The position numbers and the translations under genes are program-made. Below are positions 27,606 through 36,163 of a stretch of DNA of 38,234 bases, piece by piece; position 1 is the first letter of the stretch, and the number at the start of each line of letters is the position of its first letter. The notes under the pieces were generated by a model. The model searched no databases. It had not been told where the DNA came from and was given only the letters and a program-made list of their open reading frames with translations. Source of the stretch: a virus (Duplodnaviria > Caudoviricetes); IMG/VR virus record IMGVR_UViG_3300032225_001651, positions 1 through 38,234 of that record. One strand, given 5' to 3'.

Positions 27606-28710
27606 CGCTCAGATAATGGTTACTGGTCGTTGTCGTCGTCGTGTGTCCTAGCGCCTTGGATGCTTCCTTTACGCCAGCAAGCCGCGCCGTGATTGCATCC
27701 TCAGTCAATTCAGCCAAGTGGTCGGCGTAGAGTCCGCGCAATCGTTGCAAGGGTTTCTGCACGCTCGGCATGAATGGCTTGAGCCACTTCTGAGGCTCGA
27801 ACGCAAACCAGCGTTCGCGACTCTCCCACACGGGCAAGACAAACAGTTCATCTTTGGGTGTCGCTTTGAGTTGGCGCGCTAGCTCGGGGTCTAGGATTGT
27901 GGCGCGATAGCTGCGTCCTGTCTTCGTGAGAAAGTCCTCCTCTGGCCTGTCCCGTAGCTCGACGACTGGCTTGCCTCGGTGCTCTGCATACCATCCGCCA
28001 CGTAGCGCCATGATTTCGCTACGGCGCAAGCCAGCAAAGCGAGCCGTCGCTAGTGTTCGCCAATCGGGAAGCGTGCGCGGATTAGTCGCCAGCGATTGAA
28101 TTGTTTCTAGGATCTCCGATTGATCCAGTTCAGCGGGCGGACGTCTGACAACGGGCAACCAATGAATGTCACAAGCGTCTTCTGGAATAATGATTCCTTC
28201 TTCCTTGTAGAGCGGGCGCAATCGCTTGATGAAGATCGAGGCCGCGCAACGGACAGCGGTATTGATTGAGGCATTGCCTAGCCTGCGCTTTGCAAGATCG
28301 AGTTTCCCGCCTTGGCGTTTGGTCATAAACTCCCGCCATAGCTTCGGGCCTATCGCATCAATGCGAACGTCTTTTAGATCGCGGCCCCATGCTTCCCTTA
28401 CGATGCACTTGAGCCACATCACATTCAAATCTTCGGCCTTCTGGCCTGCTCGCTTGGGCATGACACGATAGAACTCCACAACATCGGCGAGCGTGCGATA
28501 GCAGGGCAGCGTGGTTTTCTGCGCTGCTTGCTCAAGATGCTGACGTGCCAATACTTTAGCCACGTCTAGACTAGCCGTTCCCGTTCTAAAGTTCACCGTC
28601 CTGCCCTTCGCCCTGGATCGTAGACGCCATGTTCCATTGTCCAAGGCGAGCGGGTATTTGATGCCGTTGTGAACCAACGAGGCAATTTGGGGCAATTTTG
28701 GGGCGCGCAT
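27592..28710 (-). CDS. int: Tyrosine integrase
   Basis: AGLRRSEI (R), TKT (K), QRLR (variant HxxR), LGH...NHY (H, Y); adjacent to a tRNA-derived attP. Confidence 0.9.
   Translation of the reverse strand: MRAPKLPQIASLVHNGIKYPLALDNGTWRLRSRAKGRTVNFRTGTASLDVAKVLARQHLEQAAQKTTLPCYRTLADVVEFYRVMPKRAGQKAEDLNVMWLKCIVREAWGRDLKDVRIDAIGPKLWREFMTKRQGGKLDLAKRRLGNASINTAVRCAASIFIKRLRPLYKEEGIIIPEDACDIHWLPVVRRPPAELDQSEILETIQSLATNPRTLPDWRTLATARFAGLRRSEIMALRGGWYAEHRGKPVVELRDRPEEDFLTKTGRSYRATILDPELARQLKATPKDELFVLPVWESRERWFAFEPQKWLKPFMPSVQKPLQRLRGLYADHLAELTEDAITARLAGVKEASKALGHTTTTTTSNHYLSDDAN
28686..28706 (+). repeat. Integrase arm-type sites, left pair
   Basis: TTTGGGGCAA (28686) and TTTGGGGCGC (28697). Confidence 0.65.
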
Positions 28711-28792
28711 AACTTTAAAAGTTACCTGTTTGATAACATCGAAATATAACGTGTTATCTCCGAATGTCCCGCGAAATCAACCTTTGGAGAAG

Positions 28793-28849
28793 TGCCGGCG
28801 GCCGGACTCGAACCGGCACTATATCACTATAACAAGATTTTGAGTCTTG
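28793..28849 (-). other. attP core: 3' portion of tRNA-Leu(CAA)
   Basis: Minus strand CAAGA-CTCAAAA-TCTTG anticodon arm, long variable arm, GCCGG-TTCGAGT-CCGGC T arm, CGCCGGC-A; 5' acceptor strand and D arm absent. Confidence 0.9.
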
Positions 28850-28883
28850 GTTTGAAACCTTGCTGGGTAAGGGCTGGCTTGAC

Positions 28884-28905
28884 AATGGGGCGCGGTTTGG
28901 GGCAA
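28884..28905 (+). repeat. Integrase arm-type sites, right pair
   Basis: AATGGGGCGC (28884) and TTTGGGGCAA (28896), same orientation as the left pair. Confidence 0.65.
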
Positions 28906-28958
28906 GCGTGGGTATTCAAAAGGCTTGAAAATGACACGATTAAACCCATGATTTATTT

Positions 28959-29162
28959 ATGAAGCTGCTGATTTTGCCCTTTTTATTTGCCGCCAGTCTT
29001 GTGTTGACCAGTTCGCGCAAGGCTCCGTTTGTCCGGTGTGCTCCTTACGCGCTGGTGTGTCCGGCGTGTGTGGACTGCAAAGCGTGCGTCGAGTGCGCGA
29101 AGAATCACAACCGCTGTTCAGTGTGCCGTGATAAAGACAAGCCGCCCGTGATGCCTAAGTGA
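28959..29162 (+). CDS. Small secreted Cys-rich protein
   Basis: Signal-like N-terminus; C...CPACVDCKACVEC...CSVC (8 Cys). Confidence 0.65.
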   Translation: MKLLILPFLFAASLVLTSSRKAPFVRCAPYALVCPACVDCKACVECAKNHNRCSVCRDKDKPPVMPK

Positions 29163-29214
29163 GGCGCGCTTAAATGTCTTGCGTATTACCTGCGTGTTTG
29201 CCTATATTGCGGGT

Positions 29215-29409
29215 ATGAAGATAGTTCATCTTTACATCTGCACTGCCATTATCACAGGAGCTATTTTTTATGCTCTGCGAGCTATCACTTTTGAAGTTGG
29301 CTCAAGCGGTGACACAGTTGGAATCATCAGAGGTCTATCTGACCTAGAGACACAAATGAAGTCTATAGAGTTCGATCTTCAGCGCATAACTCAGCTTTTG
29401 ATCAAATAG
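29215..29409 (+). CDS. Small membrane protein with C-terminal coiled coil (moron-like)
   Basis: ATG 29215; hydrophobic N-terminus; TTGCGT-18-TATATT just upstream suggests a leaderless transcript; AT-rich. Confidence 0.55.
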   Translation: MKIVHLYICTAIITGAIFYALRAITFEVGSSGDTVGIIRGLSDLETQMKSIEFDLQRITQLLIK

Positions 29410-29479
29410 GCATTTGTGCCTAAGAAAAAACAATAGTAATAAAGTTTAGTTATTACTATAACAAGTAAGCATGAAAAAG

Positions 29480-29662
29480 TTATTTACTTGGGTTTCTTTG
29501 ATGAGGGTCTACGATCTTGGGGGCTGGTTGTGTTAAATCGCGCAAATAATCAGCTAGCGATTTATAACCAAGCTGTTCGAGCTTCCCTCTAATCGCTTGG
29601 TGTTCTTCGTCTGTAACCCAGACGCCTATTTTTTTCTTATTGGGGTTTCTTTGGTTTGGCAT
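29480..29662 (-). CDS. Ribbon-helix-helix regulator, candidate lysogenic repressor
   Basis: KKIGVWVTDEEHQAI...LGYKSLADYLRDL RHH pattern; leftward gene of the divergent switch. Confidence 0.75.
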   Translation of the reverse strand: MPNQRNPNKKKIGVWVTDEEHQAIRGKLEQLGYKSLADYLRDLTQPAPKIVDPHQRNPSK

Positions 29663-29669
29663 GTTCTAA

Positions 29670-29764
29670 GGTGTGTCTACACCGTAGGAAATACAATTTA
29701 AAAATATGTAAATTTATTTTGACAGGTGTAACCCCACCAATTATATATTGGGTGTAACCACACC
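29670..29764. promoter_or_regulatory. Switch region: three GGTGT-N4-ACACC operators and rightward promoter
   Basis: GGTGTgtctACACC (29670-83), GGTGTaaccCCACC (29725-38), GGTGTaaccACACC (29751-64); TTGACA 29719-24 with TATATA/TATATT at 29742-49. Confidence 0.85.
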
Positions 29765-29938
29765 ATGAAAAAGCAAATCATTATTCATACCGATGAATTA
29801 ACACACGCTTGGTTAAGCGATGAGGCTAAGGCTTCACGGCGCACGCTTGGCAATCAAGTTCTTTATCTTCTTCTTGGGATTAAGGACGTTGCTAAAAAAC
29901 CAAAGCTTCAGACCAAACAAAATAACGCCGTAGCATGA
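29765..29938 (+). CDS. Arc-like ribbon-helix-helix protein, 57 aa (not in ORF track)
   Basis: MKKQIIIHTDELTHAWLSDEAKASRRTLGNQVLYLL; ATGA overlap with the next gene. Confidence 0.75.
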   Translation: MKKQIIIHTDELTHAWLSDEAKASRRTLGNQVLYLLLGIKDVAKKPKLQTKQNNAVA

Positions 29939-30135
29939 GTGCGCCCGTCGTCACATCAACCAAGCTTTCGGAAGTCAGCGGCCTCTGCCTGCAAACCCTC
30001 AAGCGTGAACGCAAGTTCGGGCGCTTGGCTGGGGAAAAGAGGGCGGGAGTGAAAGGCTACGTTTACACGGTCAAGGAGGCCACCAACTGGCTTTCCTACA
30101 AAGGACTCCAAGACAAGATAGCTTTGCTGTCTTGA
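29935..30135 (+). CDS. MerR-type HTH protein, candidate excisionase
   Basis: TKLSEVSGLCLQTLKR...GRL...YVYT; small, basic, early operon. Confidence 0.6.
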   Translation: MSAPVVTSTKLSEVSGLCLQTLKRERKFGRLAGEKRAGVKGYVYTVKEATNWLSYKGLQDKIALLS

Positions 30136-30168
30136 GAACATCACAACCAACTGAGGAAACAACTATCT

Positions 30169-30393
30169 ATGACTCTATTTAACAACTTCCCATCACAGGA
30201 ACATCAGCAAGCGCTGCAGCGCATTTATGCACGCCACAGCCATCAAGCAAACCAAGCTCGCGCTTTGGATCTCAAGAAGCGGATTCCGCTACGTGACGAG
30301 ATGCCATCGAGAGGCATTACCAAGGGCGAAATCATCGCGTTGGTTATCCTCGGCCATGCCGCATTTGTGATTGGCTACGCCTTAACCAAGTAA
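30169..30393 (+). CDS. Hypothetical protein with C-terminal TM segment
   Basis: 74 aa; IIALVILGHAAFVIGYAL. Confidence 0.65.
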   Translation: MTLFNNFPSQEHQQALQRIYARHSHQANQARALDLKKRIPLRDEMPSRGITKGEIIALVILGHAAFVIGYALTK

Positions 30394-30399
30394 CAAAAC

Positions 30400-30429
30400 G
30401 CCCCGCCTCTGCGCTAACAGAGACAGGGC
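30400..30429. terminator. Intergenic hairpin, possible terminator or attenuator
   Basis: GCCCCGCCTCTG-CGCTAA-CAGAGACAGGGC preceded by AACAAAAC (T-tract on minus strand). Confidence 0.4.
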
Positions 30430-30459
30430 AACAAGCAACGAACTGAGCAGAACGAGACT

Positions 30460-30723
30460 ATGGAAGAATCTACAACACGCATTAAGCCTGTCAAGAAAGC
30501 TGGACACTACGAACACACGCTAGGGGGGCTGAGTTTTTTTTACACGTTTAGCAAGGGCAGTGACCAAACGAGGGACGAACCCGCAACGCCTGACGAACTC
30601 GTTGTATATTGCGTCTTTTCCGCACAGTCGGGGGACTCTCTGACGGAGGACTATGACAACGGGCTATTCAATGAAAGCGTCATCATTGGCGAACTGTTGG
30701 AAGCTCACTACGAAAACAACTGA
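30460..30723 (+). CDS. Hypothetical acidic protein
   Basis: 87-aa ORF in the early operon. Confidence 0.6.
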   Translation: MEESTTRIKPVKKAGHYEHTLGGLSFFYTFSKGSDQTRDEPATPDELVVYCVFSAQSGDSLTEDYDNGLFNESVIIGELLEAHYENN

Positions 30724-30724
30724 T

Positions 30725-30994
30725 ATGGAATCGAGCTACCCACAACATTACCGTGATACTCTTGACCGTGCTAGGCTGTTGCTGAGTCTGGCCGTTGGAA
30801 CAGAATTTGAGAGCGAGGCAAAAGACCAGCTTGATTATTTTGAAAGTTTTTTCAAAAAGCTCCACGAATCCGCACAGCAAAAGCGCCAACTCATCCGCAA
30901 CAAGATCAACGATGAACTGAGCGTTGTCGCCCTCGGTGGCGAGGTTAAACCATCTGCAAAACGACTTATCAATTTCATTGAAGGAAACGCATGA
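30725..30994 (+). CDS. Hypothetical protein
   Basis: ATG 30725 one base after the previous stop; ATGA overlap with erf. Confidence 0.6.
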   Translation: MESSYPQHYRDTLDRARLLLSLAVGTEFESEAKDQLDYFESFFKKLHESAQQKRQLIRNKINDELSVVALGGEVKPSAKRLINFIEGNA

Positions 30995-31773
30995 ACCAAT
31001 CTCCTGAAATTAACGAACTGGCTAAGGCGCTAGCATTAACTCAAGCCGTTGGCTTAGTCGCTATTGAGAACACGAAGAACTCTCACCTCAACAGCAAGTA
31101 TGCCGATTTGGTGGCGGTTTATGAAGCAGTGCGTGAACCGATGGCGAAGAACGGCTTGGCGCTCGCCCAATTTCCCGGGCAACTCCGCGAAGTCGGCGGC
31201 AAACATTGCTTGAGCATTACCAATATGCTTCTGCATGAAAGCGGCCAATACATCTGCGTCGAAATGGAAATGCCCGTTCCTCCTGAACAGAAGGGCTTGA
31301 ACCCTGCGCAACTCTTCGGCCTTGTGCTGACTTATGCGCGGCGTTACGGCCTCTGCTGCGTTCTTGGGGTGGCTACTGGTGACGATCAAGACGCACAAGA
31401 AGCTTGGCGCAAGAATGAGCCTCAACGGATGCAGGCAACGGATTCTTCCACATGGCAAGAACTTTACGACTCGGGCGCGTGGCGTAGCTTTCCCGCTCCT
31501 GACGATCAGGAAATGAGAAACCTTGGTGACTTGGCTGTCTCTGAACTAATCCCGCTCATCAAGACGAATCTGGCGAACGGTGCGAGCAATCAAAGCTTGG
31601 TGGCTGCTCACCTTAGCATTGTGGATGCACGGGCAAAGGCTCGCGGTATGTCGCTGGTTGAGGCGATGAAGGCGGCACAGTGGAACGGGGCTTTCGATCT
31701 GGCGCAACTCAAGCCGGATGAAATCTTGGTGTTAGCTAAGGCAGTGGACGCTTTACCGAAAGGCCAGCCATGA
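30991..31773 (+). CDS. erf: ERF-family ssDNA annealing protein
   Basis: INELAKAL...SKYADL...LLHESGQY...GLVLTYARRYGL..VLGV..GDDQD. Confidence 0.9.
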   Translation: MNQSPEINELAKALALTQAVGLVAIENTKNSHLNSKYADLVAVYEAVREPMAKNGLALAQFPGQLREVGGKHCLSITNMLLHESGQYICVEMEMPVPPEQKGLNPAQLFGLVLTYARRYGLCCVLGVATGDDQDAQEAWRKNEPQRMQATDSSTWQELYDSGAWRSFPAPDDQEMRNLGDLAVSELIPLIKTNLANGASNQSLVAAHLSIVDARAKARGMSLVEAMKAAQWNGAFDLAQLKPDEILVLAKAVDALPKGQP

Positions 31774-32759
31774 GCGAGGAAACAACTACTTGCCCAAGCT
31801 TTGCGCCATATTTTGACGTGAACACGCCGCTACCTGCGGAACGTTCACCCGATTACAAGGGTTACATGCTCGGCCTGAAAGACACGGTGTATCATGCTCA
31901 CCCTGCGCTGAATGCCTCCACGCTGAAGCATCGCACGCCTGCGGAAATGCTGCATTCAATGACGAATCCAAGCGAGGTAAGCCATGAAGCTTTGGCGCTC
32001 GGAACGGTGGTTCATTGGGCAACGCTGGAACAATGGCGTTTCAAGGAATGGGAAAAGCACATGATAATTTGTCGCACCAAGGGCTTAGACACGCAAAAGG
32101 CGGACATCGACCGTGCAGAGAATCCTGATAGGCTAGTTGTCACTCCTGAGATTGTGGAGACTGCGCACAGGTGCCTTGATGCCGTCCAAGCGAACGCTAC
32201 AGCAATGGCTCTGCTAGATGGTCGTGACCCTGAAGACAGCTACGGCACAAAGTCACCAGTGACCAGCGAAGCAACGGGCCTTTATTGGGATGGGGTGATT
32301 TGGCGAAAGTGGCGCGTTGATCTTCTACCGCAAAAGCTGCCTGTCTTGATCGACGTTAAGAGCACGCGGGCGCATCCGTCTGAGTGGCGCAAGGAATGCT
32401 TCAAGCTGGGCTATTATGAACAGGCTGTTTACTATGCTCATAACCACTTCCTGCTGACAGGGGAATGGCGCGATTGGGCTTGGATCGTCGTAACGAACAA
32501 AGCGCCGTTTATGTGTCGCGTCGTGCGTATGCGTAACCTCCGCAAGTCGGACCCGCTTTATGAAGAAAGTATCTGGCGCTCCACACGGGAAAAGCTCGGC
32601 CTTGATGACAGTCTGAGGATCGGCCGAATCCCGCAATTCATCGCTGCGGCACAGGAAACAGAAGCGATGCGCGCAAGGGTCAAGCTTACGCCTGCCGTGC
32701 TGCGGTCCATTTGGGTAGGCTACGAACAAGAGTCACCTATTCACGAAATCATTGTTTGA
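31770..32759 (+). CDS. RecE/exonuclease VIII-like PD-(D/E)xK nuclease
   Basis: YHAHPALNASTLK, ALGTVVH, SE, KWRVD, IDVKST, GYYEQAVYY. Confidence 0.88.
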   Translation: MSEETTTCPSFAPYFDVNTPLPAERSPDYKGYMLGLKDTVYHAHPALNASTLKHRTPAEMLHSMTNPSEVSHEALALGTVVHWATLEQWRFKEWEKHMIICRTKGLDTQKADIDRAENPDRLVVTPEIVETAHRCLDAVQANATAMALLDGRDPEDSYGTKSPVTSEATGLYWDGVIWRKWRVDLLPQKLPVLIDVKSTRAHPSEWRKECFKLGYYEQAVYYAHNHFLLTGEWRDWAWIVVTNKAPFMCRVVRMRNLRKSDPLYEESIWRSTREKLGLDDSLRIGRIPQFIAAAQETEAMRARVKLTPAVLRSIWVGYEQESPIHEIIV

Positions 32760-32764
32760 AACCT

Positions 32765-33520
32765 ATGCTCTCAATTTTAACGCATCTTGATCTCTTTACT
32801 GGAATTGGTGGTTTCTCTCTTGCCGCCGAGTGGACAGGTAAAATTAAAACAATTGGCCATGCAGAAATCAGCCCATGGCAAAGCAAGCTACTCGCGCAGC
32901 GATTCAAAGACATACCGAATTATGGAGACGTGCGAAACCTCAAAGGCATTCGTGCCGACATCATCACAGGGGGATTTCCTTGTCAGCCTTTCAGTCTCGC
33001 CGGGAAGCGCAGAGGCCAAAGCGATGACAGATACCTCTGGCCGGAAATGCTGCGAATCATTGGCGAGTCTGGGGCTGAGTGGGTGCTTGGCGAAAACGTT
33101 CCTGGTATCAACGACTTGGCACTCGACCAAATACTATCTGACTTGGAAGCTCTCGGCTACTCCGCGTGGCCGTTTGAAATTCCGGCTTCAGCCGTGGACA
33201 GTGACCAACTCAGATTCCGTGTCTGGATTCTTGCCCGCCATAACAGCAAACGAAGGCAAAGGAGCAGGACCGAAGCGATGGAAGGGGAGCAGAGACTATC
33301 GGGGTGCAAAGATGTCCGAGGGACTCCGCACATCGTTCAACGACCCGATATATACGCACCCAAACTTTGCGGAAGGGCAAATGGGATATCCAAGAGACTG
33401 GACGCTCTTGGAAATGCAATAGTCCCGCAAATCGCCTACAGATTTTTCCAGTGGATACTGGAAAACAATGAGACGCAACAAGACCTTTTTTCAGTAAACC
33501 AACAACAGATAAAACCATGA
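32765..33520 (+). CDS. C5-cytosine DNA methyltransferase, large (alpha) polypeptide lacking motif IX
   Basis: DLFTGIGG (I), GGFPCQ (IV), ENVPG (VI), QLRFRVWI (VIII), RLDALGNAIVP (X); ATG 32765. Confidence 0.9.
   Translation: MLSILTHLDLFTGIGGFSLAAEWTGKIKTIGHAEISPWQSKLLAQRFKDIPNYGDVRNLKGIRADIITGGFPCQPFSLAGKRRGQSDDRYLWPEMLRIIGESGAEWVLGENVPGINDLALDQILSDLEALGYSAWPFEIPASAVDSDQLRFRVWILARHNSKRRQRSRTEAMEGEQRLSGCKDVRGTPHIVQRPDIYAPKLCGRANGISKRLDALGNAIVPQIAYRFFQWILENNETQQDLFSVNQQQIKP
32859..33422 (+). CDS. Nested +1-frame (beta) polypeptide of the methyltransferase with TRD and motif IX; start uncertain
   Basis: Frame open 32787-33422; FLPAITANEGKG and HPNFAEGQMGYPRDWT; ATGs at 32859, 32922, 33024. Confidence 0.7.
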   Translation: MQKSAHGKASYSRSDSKTYRIMETCETSKAFVPTSSQGDFLVSLSVSPGSAEAKAMTDTSGRKCCESLASLGLSGCLAKTFLVSTTWHSTKYYLTWKLSATPRGRLKFRLQPWTVTNSDSVSGFLPAITANEGKGAGPKRWKGSRDYRGAKMSEGLRTSFNDPIYTHPNFAEGQMGYPRDWTLLEMQ

Positions 33521-33951
33521 GCCAAGTAATAAGCCAATATCCAGAAGTTACGGAAACTCGCACCCTTAAAACGGTGCTTGATGCCAAAGAAATCACAGAT
33601 GCTAGCATGGAGAATGCGCGGCTAGTCCGTGAGATTGGAGCACTCGAAGACGCTAAGAAAGCGAGCGCTTCAAGCTACAAGGCACGAATCGAAGAGAAGC
33701 AGGCAAGACAGGGCTATCTGTCCGGCCTCGTTATTGAAGGTTGGGAAGATCGGCAGCAGAAATGCTACTGGATCTTTGAGACAGCGGGCAAGGATGCGAG
33801 CGGCGAATTGATTCCACATCCTGAGAACAAGACGCTTATTCGTCAAGACACGGGCGAAGTTGTGGAAGTCGCGAAGATGACACAGAACGATTTTGATTCC
33901 AAGGAATTGCCCTTGGGTGATGTAGCGGAAGGAATCGACGAAGAAGAATAA
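33517..33951 (+). CDS. Hypothetical phage protein
   Basis: 144 aa, coiled coil then LIRQDTGEVVEV, acidic tail; ATGA-coupled. Confidence 0.7.
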   Translation: MSQVISQYPEVTETRTLKTVLDAKEITDASMENARLVREIGALEDAKKASASSYKARIEEKQARQGYLSGLVIEGWEDRQQKCYWIFETAGKDASGELIPHPENKTLIRQDTGEVVEVAKMTQNDFDSKELPLGDVAEGIDEEE

Positions 33952-33955
33952 GCCG

Positions 33956-35710
33956 ATGACTGCTACCCTCCAGACTGTCCACGATATAGCCGCGCCCGTG
34001 CCGTTGCCTTCGCCTATGGTTCTCCCGCCATTGCGAGACAGGTTTATTGTCGGTCTGGCGGGTAAGTTCCGCGAATGTCCCGTTCCTCTTTCGGTAGAAT
34101 GGATGTTTAAACCGCTTTGGAATAAGAACCGCACCGACTTCATAGAACGCGGCTTTGCGCTTCGCTCGCATAATGACAGGTGGTTCTTGCAACAGTGGCT
34201 GTTGCCCGATGGCAAGGGCTACACGCTGACCCCAATAGGACAGGAACGCTTAGAAGTCCTACAGGGGCCGCGTGACTCGGCGCTTTCGGCTGCTCCTGAG
34301 CCTGAAACGCAACTTGATCTTCCTTCGCTGCCTATGGGCTTGGAAGAAAAGCTCTTTGATTATCAAGTCCAACCAGCACGCCAGCTACTCAACGCGCTGA
34401 CGACTGGCGCGGATGAGTGGAATTATCCAGGCGCTTGGGACTGTTCCGCGCTCGGCACGGGCAAGACTTATCAGGCGTTAGCCGCTGCCATCGGGACAGG
34501 GTTAGAGGTCGGTGTGATTTGTCCGTTGTCGGTGATTCCAGCTTGGAAAAATGCTTTCAAACATTTTGGCGAGGTTCCGCGCTTCATCCGCAACTATGAA
34601 TCTCTCCGCACTGGCAACCGTGACTATGTGAAGCTCGAGCAATACCGCGATAAACGCACGGGCCACGCGGGACGGCGTTTTAACTGGACGGTATCGCCAA
34701 CGGATACGGTTTTGCTTTTTGATGAGGCTCACATGGTCAAAGGTGGAACGACGAAAAACGCGGCGCTCGCTATCGCTGCCATTCGCCAACGGTTCCCCCT
34801 TATCTTCATTTCTGGCACGCTCGCCAGTGACCCTACGCACATGAGAGCGACTGGCCGCGCCGTTGGGCTGCATGAAGGCGGCGAGAGCTACAATCGTTTC
34901 TTGTTAGAGCATGGGTGCGAGCAAAGTCCAAACCGTGGAATGACATTTATAGGCGGAAAGAAAGGGCGTTTCTACCTCACGCGGATTCATTTGAAGGTAT
35001 TTCCAAAGCGGGGCGCTCGAACACGGATTGAGGACTTAGGAGATAGATTTCCTGAGACGCAAATCATGGTGGAAGCTTACGAGACTGGCGAGACGGCAGC
35101 TATCAACAAGGCTTTCAAGGTCGCTGCTCAAACCATTGAGAATCTGACAAAGCAGGGCATGAGTGAAGGGCAAGCCAAGATGCTTTCGCAGACAGCATGG
35201 ATGAAGGCTTTTCACGAATCCGAACGGCTCAAGGTGCCAGCAATTTGTGAGAAGGTGCAAGAGGAACTTGAGGAAGGGCGCTCCGTAGTCGTCTTCGTAA
35301 ACTTTACCGATGTGCGCGAAGCTTTGATGACCAAGTTAAAGACGCAATGCGCCATCTATGGCGGTCAACATGCCTTGCAGCGTGAACAAGCTATTGCTGA
35401 CTTCCAAGCAGACAAGGCGCGTGTGATTGTCGCCAATATCGACGCGGGCGGGGTCGGTGTGTCTCTCCATGATTTAAACGGGGATTATCCGCGAACTGCT
35501 ATCATCATGCCAACGTGTAAGGTGGTAAGTATTACACAAGCTCTAGGCCGTGTGCATCGGGCAGGCGGTAAAACCAAGTCACGCCAGATAGTTTTCTACT
35601 CCACAGGATTCGAGGAAACAATCTGTCAAAACATCCGGCGAAAAGTCGGAAATCTCACCGCGCTGAATGACGGCGAGATGATGCCAGTCACTCACTTTGA
35701 CCAAGTATAA
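33956..35710 (+). CDS. SF2 (SNF2-like) helicase
   Basis: LFDYQ, LGTGKT, FDEAH, ISGT, AGGVGVSL, QALGRVHRAG. Confidence 0.92.
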   Translation: MTATLQTVHDIAAPVPLPSPMVLPPLRDRFIVGLAGKFRECPVPLSVEWMFKPLWNKNRTDFIERGFALRSHNDRWFLQQWLLPDGKGYTLTPIGQERLEVLQGPRDSALSAAPEPETQLDLPSLPMGLEEKLFDYQVQPARQLLNALTTGADEWNYPGAWDCSALGTGKTYQALAAAIGTGLEVGVICPLSVIPAWKNAFKHFGEVPRFIRNYESLRTGNRDYVKLEQYRDKRTGHAGRRFNWTVSPTDTVLLFDEAHMVKGGTTKNAALAIAAIRQRFPLIFISGTLASDPTHMRATGRAVGLHEGGESYNRFLLEHGCEQSPNRGMTFIGGKKGRFYLTRIHLKVFPKRGARTRIEDLGDRFPETQIMVEAYETGETAAINKAFKVAAQTIENLTKQGMSEGQAKMLSQTAWMKAFHESERLKVPAICEKVQEELEEGRSVVVFVNFTDVREALMTKLKTQCAIYGGQHALQREQAIADFQADKARVIVANIDAGGVGVSLHDLNGDYPRTAIIMPTCKVVSITQALGRVHRAGGKTKSRQIVFYSTGFEETICQNIRRKVGNLTALNDGEMMPVTHFDQV

Positions 35711-35716
35711 ACAACC

Positions 35717-36160
35717 ATGAAAGAATATTGCACGATAAGAGTAAACGGCGATCCAAAGCCACAACCAAGACCACGCGCTTTTGCGCGTAACATGGGCGGC
35801 GGCAAGTTCGCTGCCCGCGTCTATGATGCAGGCACGGCGGAAGGTTGGAAGGGGCAGATAGCCTTGGCTGCGAAAAGCCATCTTCCGGCTACTCCGTTGG
35901 AAATGCCGCTCATGGTGTCTCTCTATTTCTTCTTAGCGAGACCTAAAAGCCATTACACAGGCAAGGGTAATCTGAAGCCTTCTTCTCCAAGCCAGCCAGT
36001 CAACAAGATGGACTGTGACAATCTCGCCAAGAGTGTGCTGGATGCGCTCACGCAACTAGGCATGTGGCGTGATGATGGGCAAATTACGCAACTTGTTATT
36101 TCCAAGTCCTTCACGACTTCTGCCGCTGGAGTCACAATCATAATCACGCCACTTGAATAG
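35717..36160 (+). CDS. rusA: RusA Holliday junction resolvase
   Basis: PKPQPRPR...KMDCDNLAKSVLDALT..GMWRDDGQI. Confidence 0.92.
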   Translation: MKEYCTIRVNGDPKPQPRPRAFARNMGGGKFAARVYDAGTAEGWKGQIALAAKSHLPATPLEMPLMVSLYFFLARPKSHYTGKGNLKPSSPSQPVNKMDCDNLAKSVLDALTQLGMWRDDGQITQLVISKSFTTSAAGVTIIITPLE

Positions 36161-36163
36161 CTT

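Noticed and set aside
27592-28710. Integrase as an integron integrase (IntI)
   Set aside because: No IntI-type motifs recognised, about 10 kb from the array, and it has its own tRNA attP with arm sites. An HMM check would confirm.
28793-28880. Complete phage tRNA-Leu gene
   Set aside because: 5' acceptor strand and D arm are absent; it is an attP fragment.
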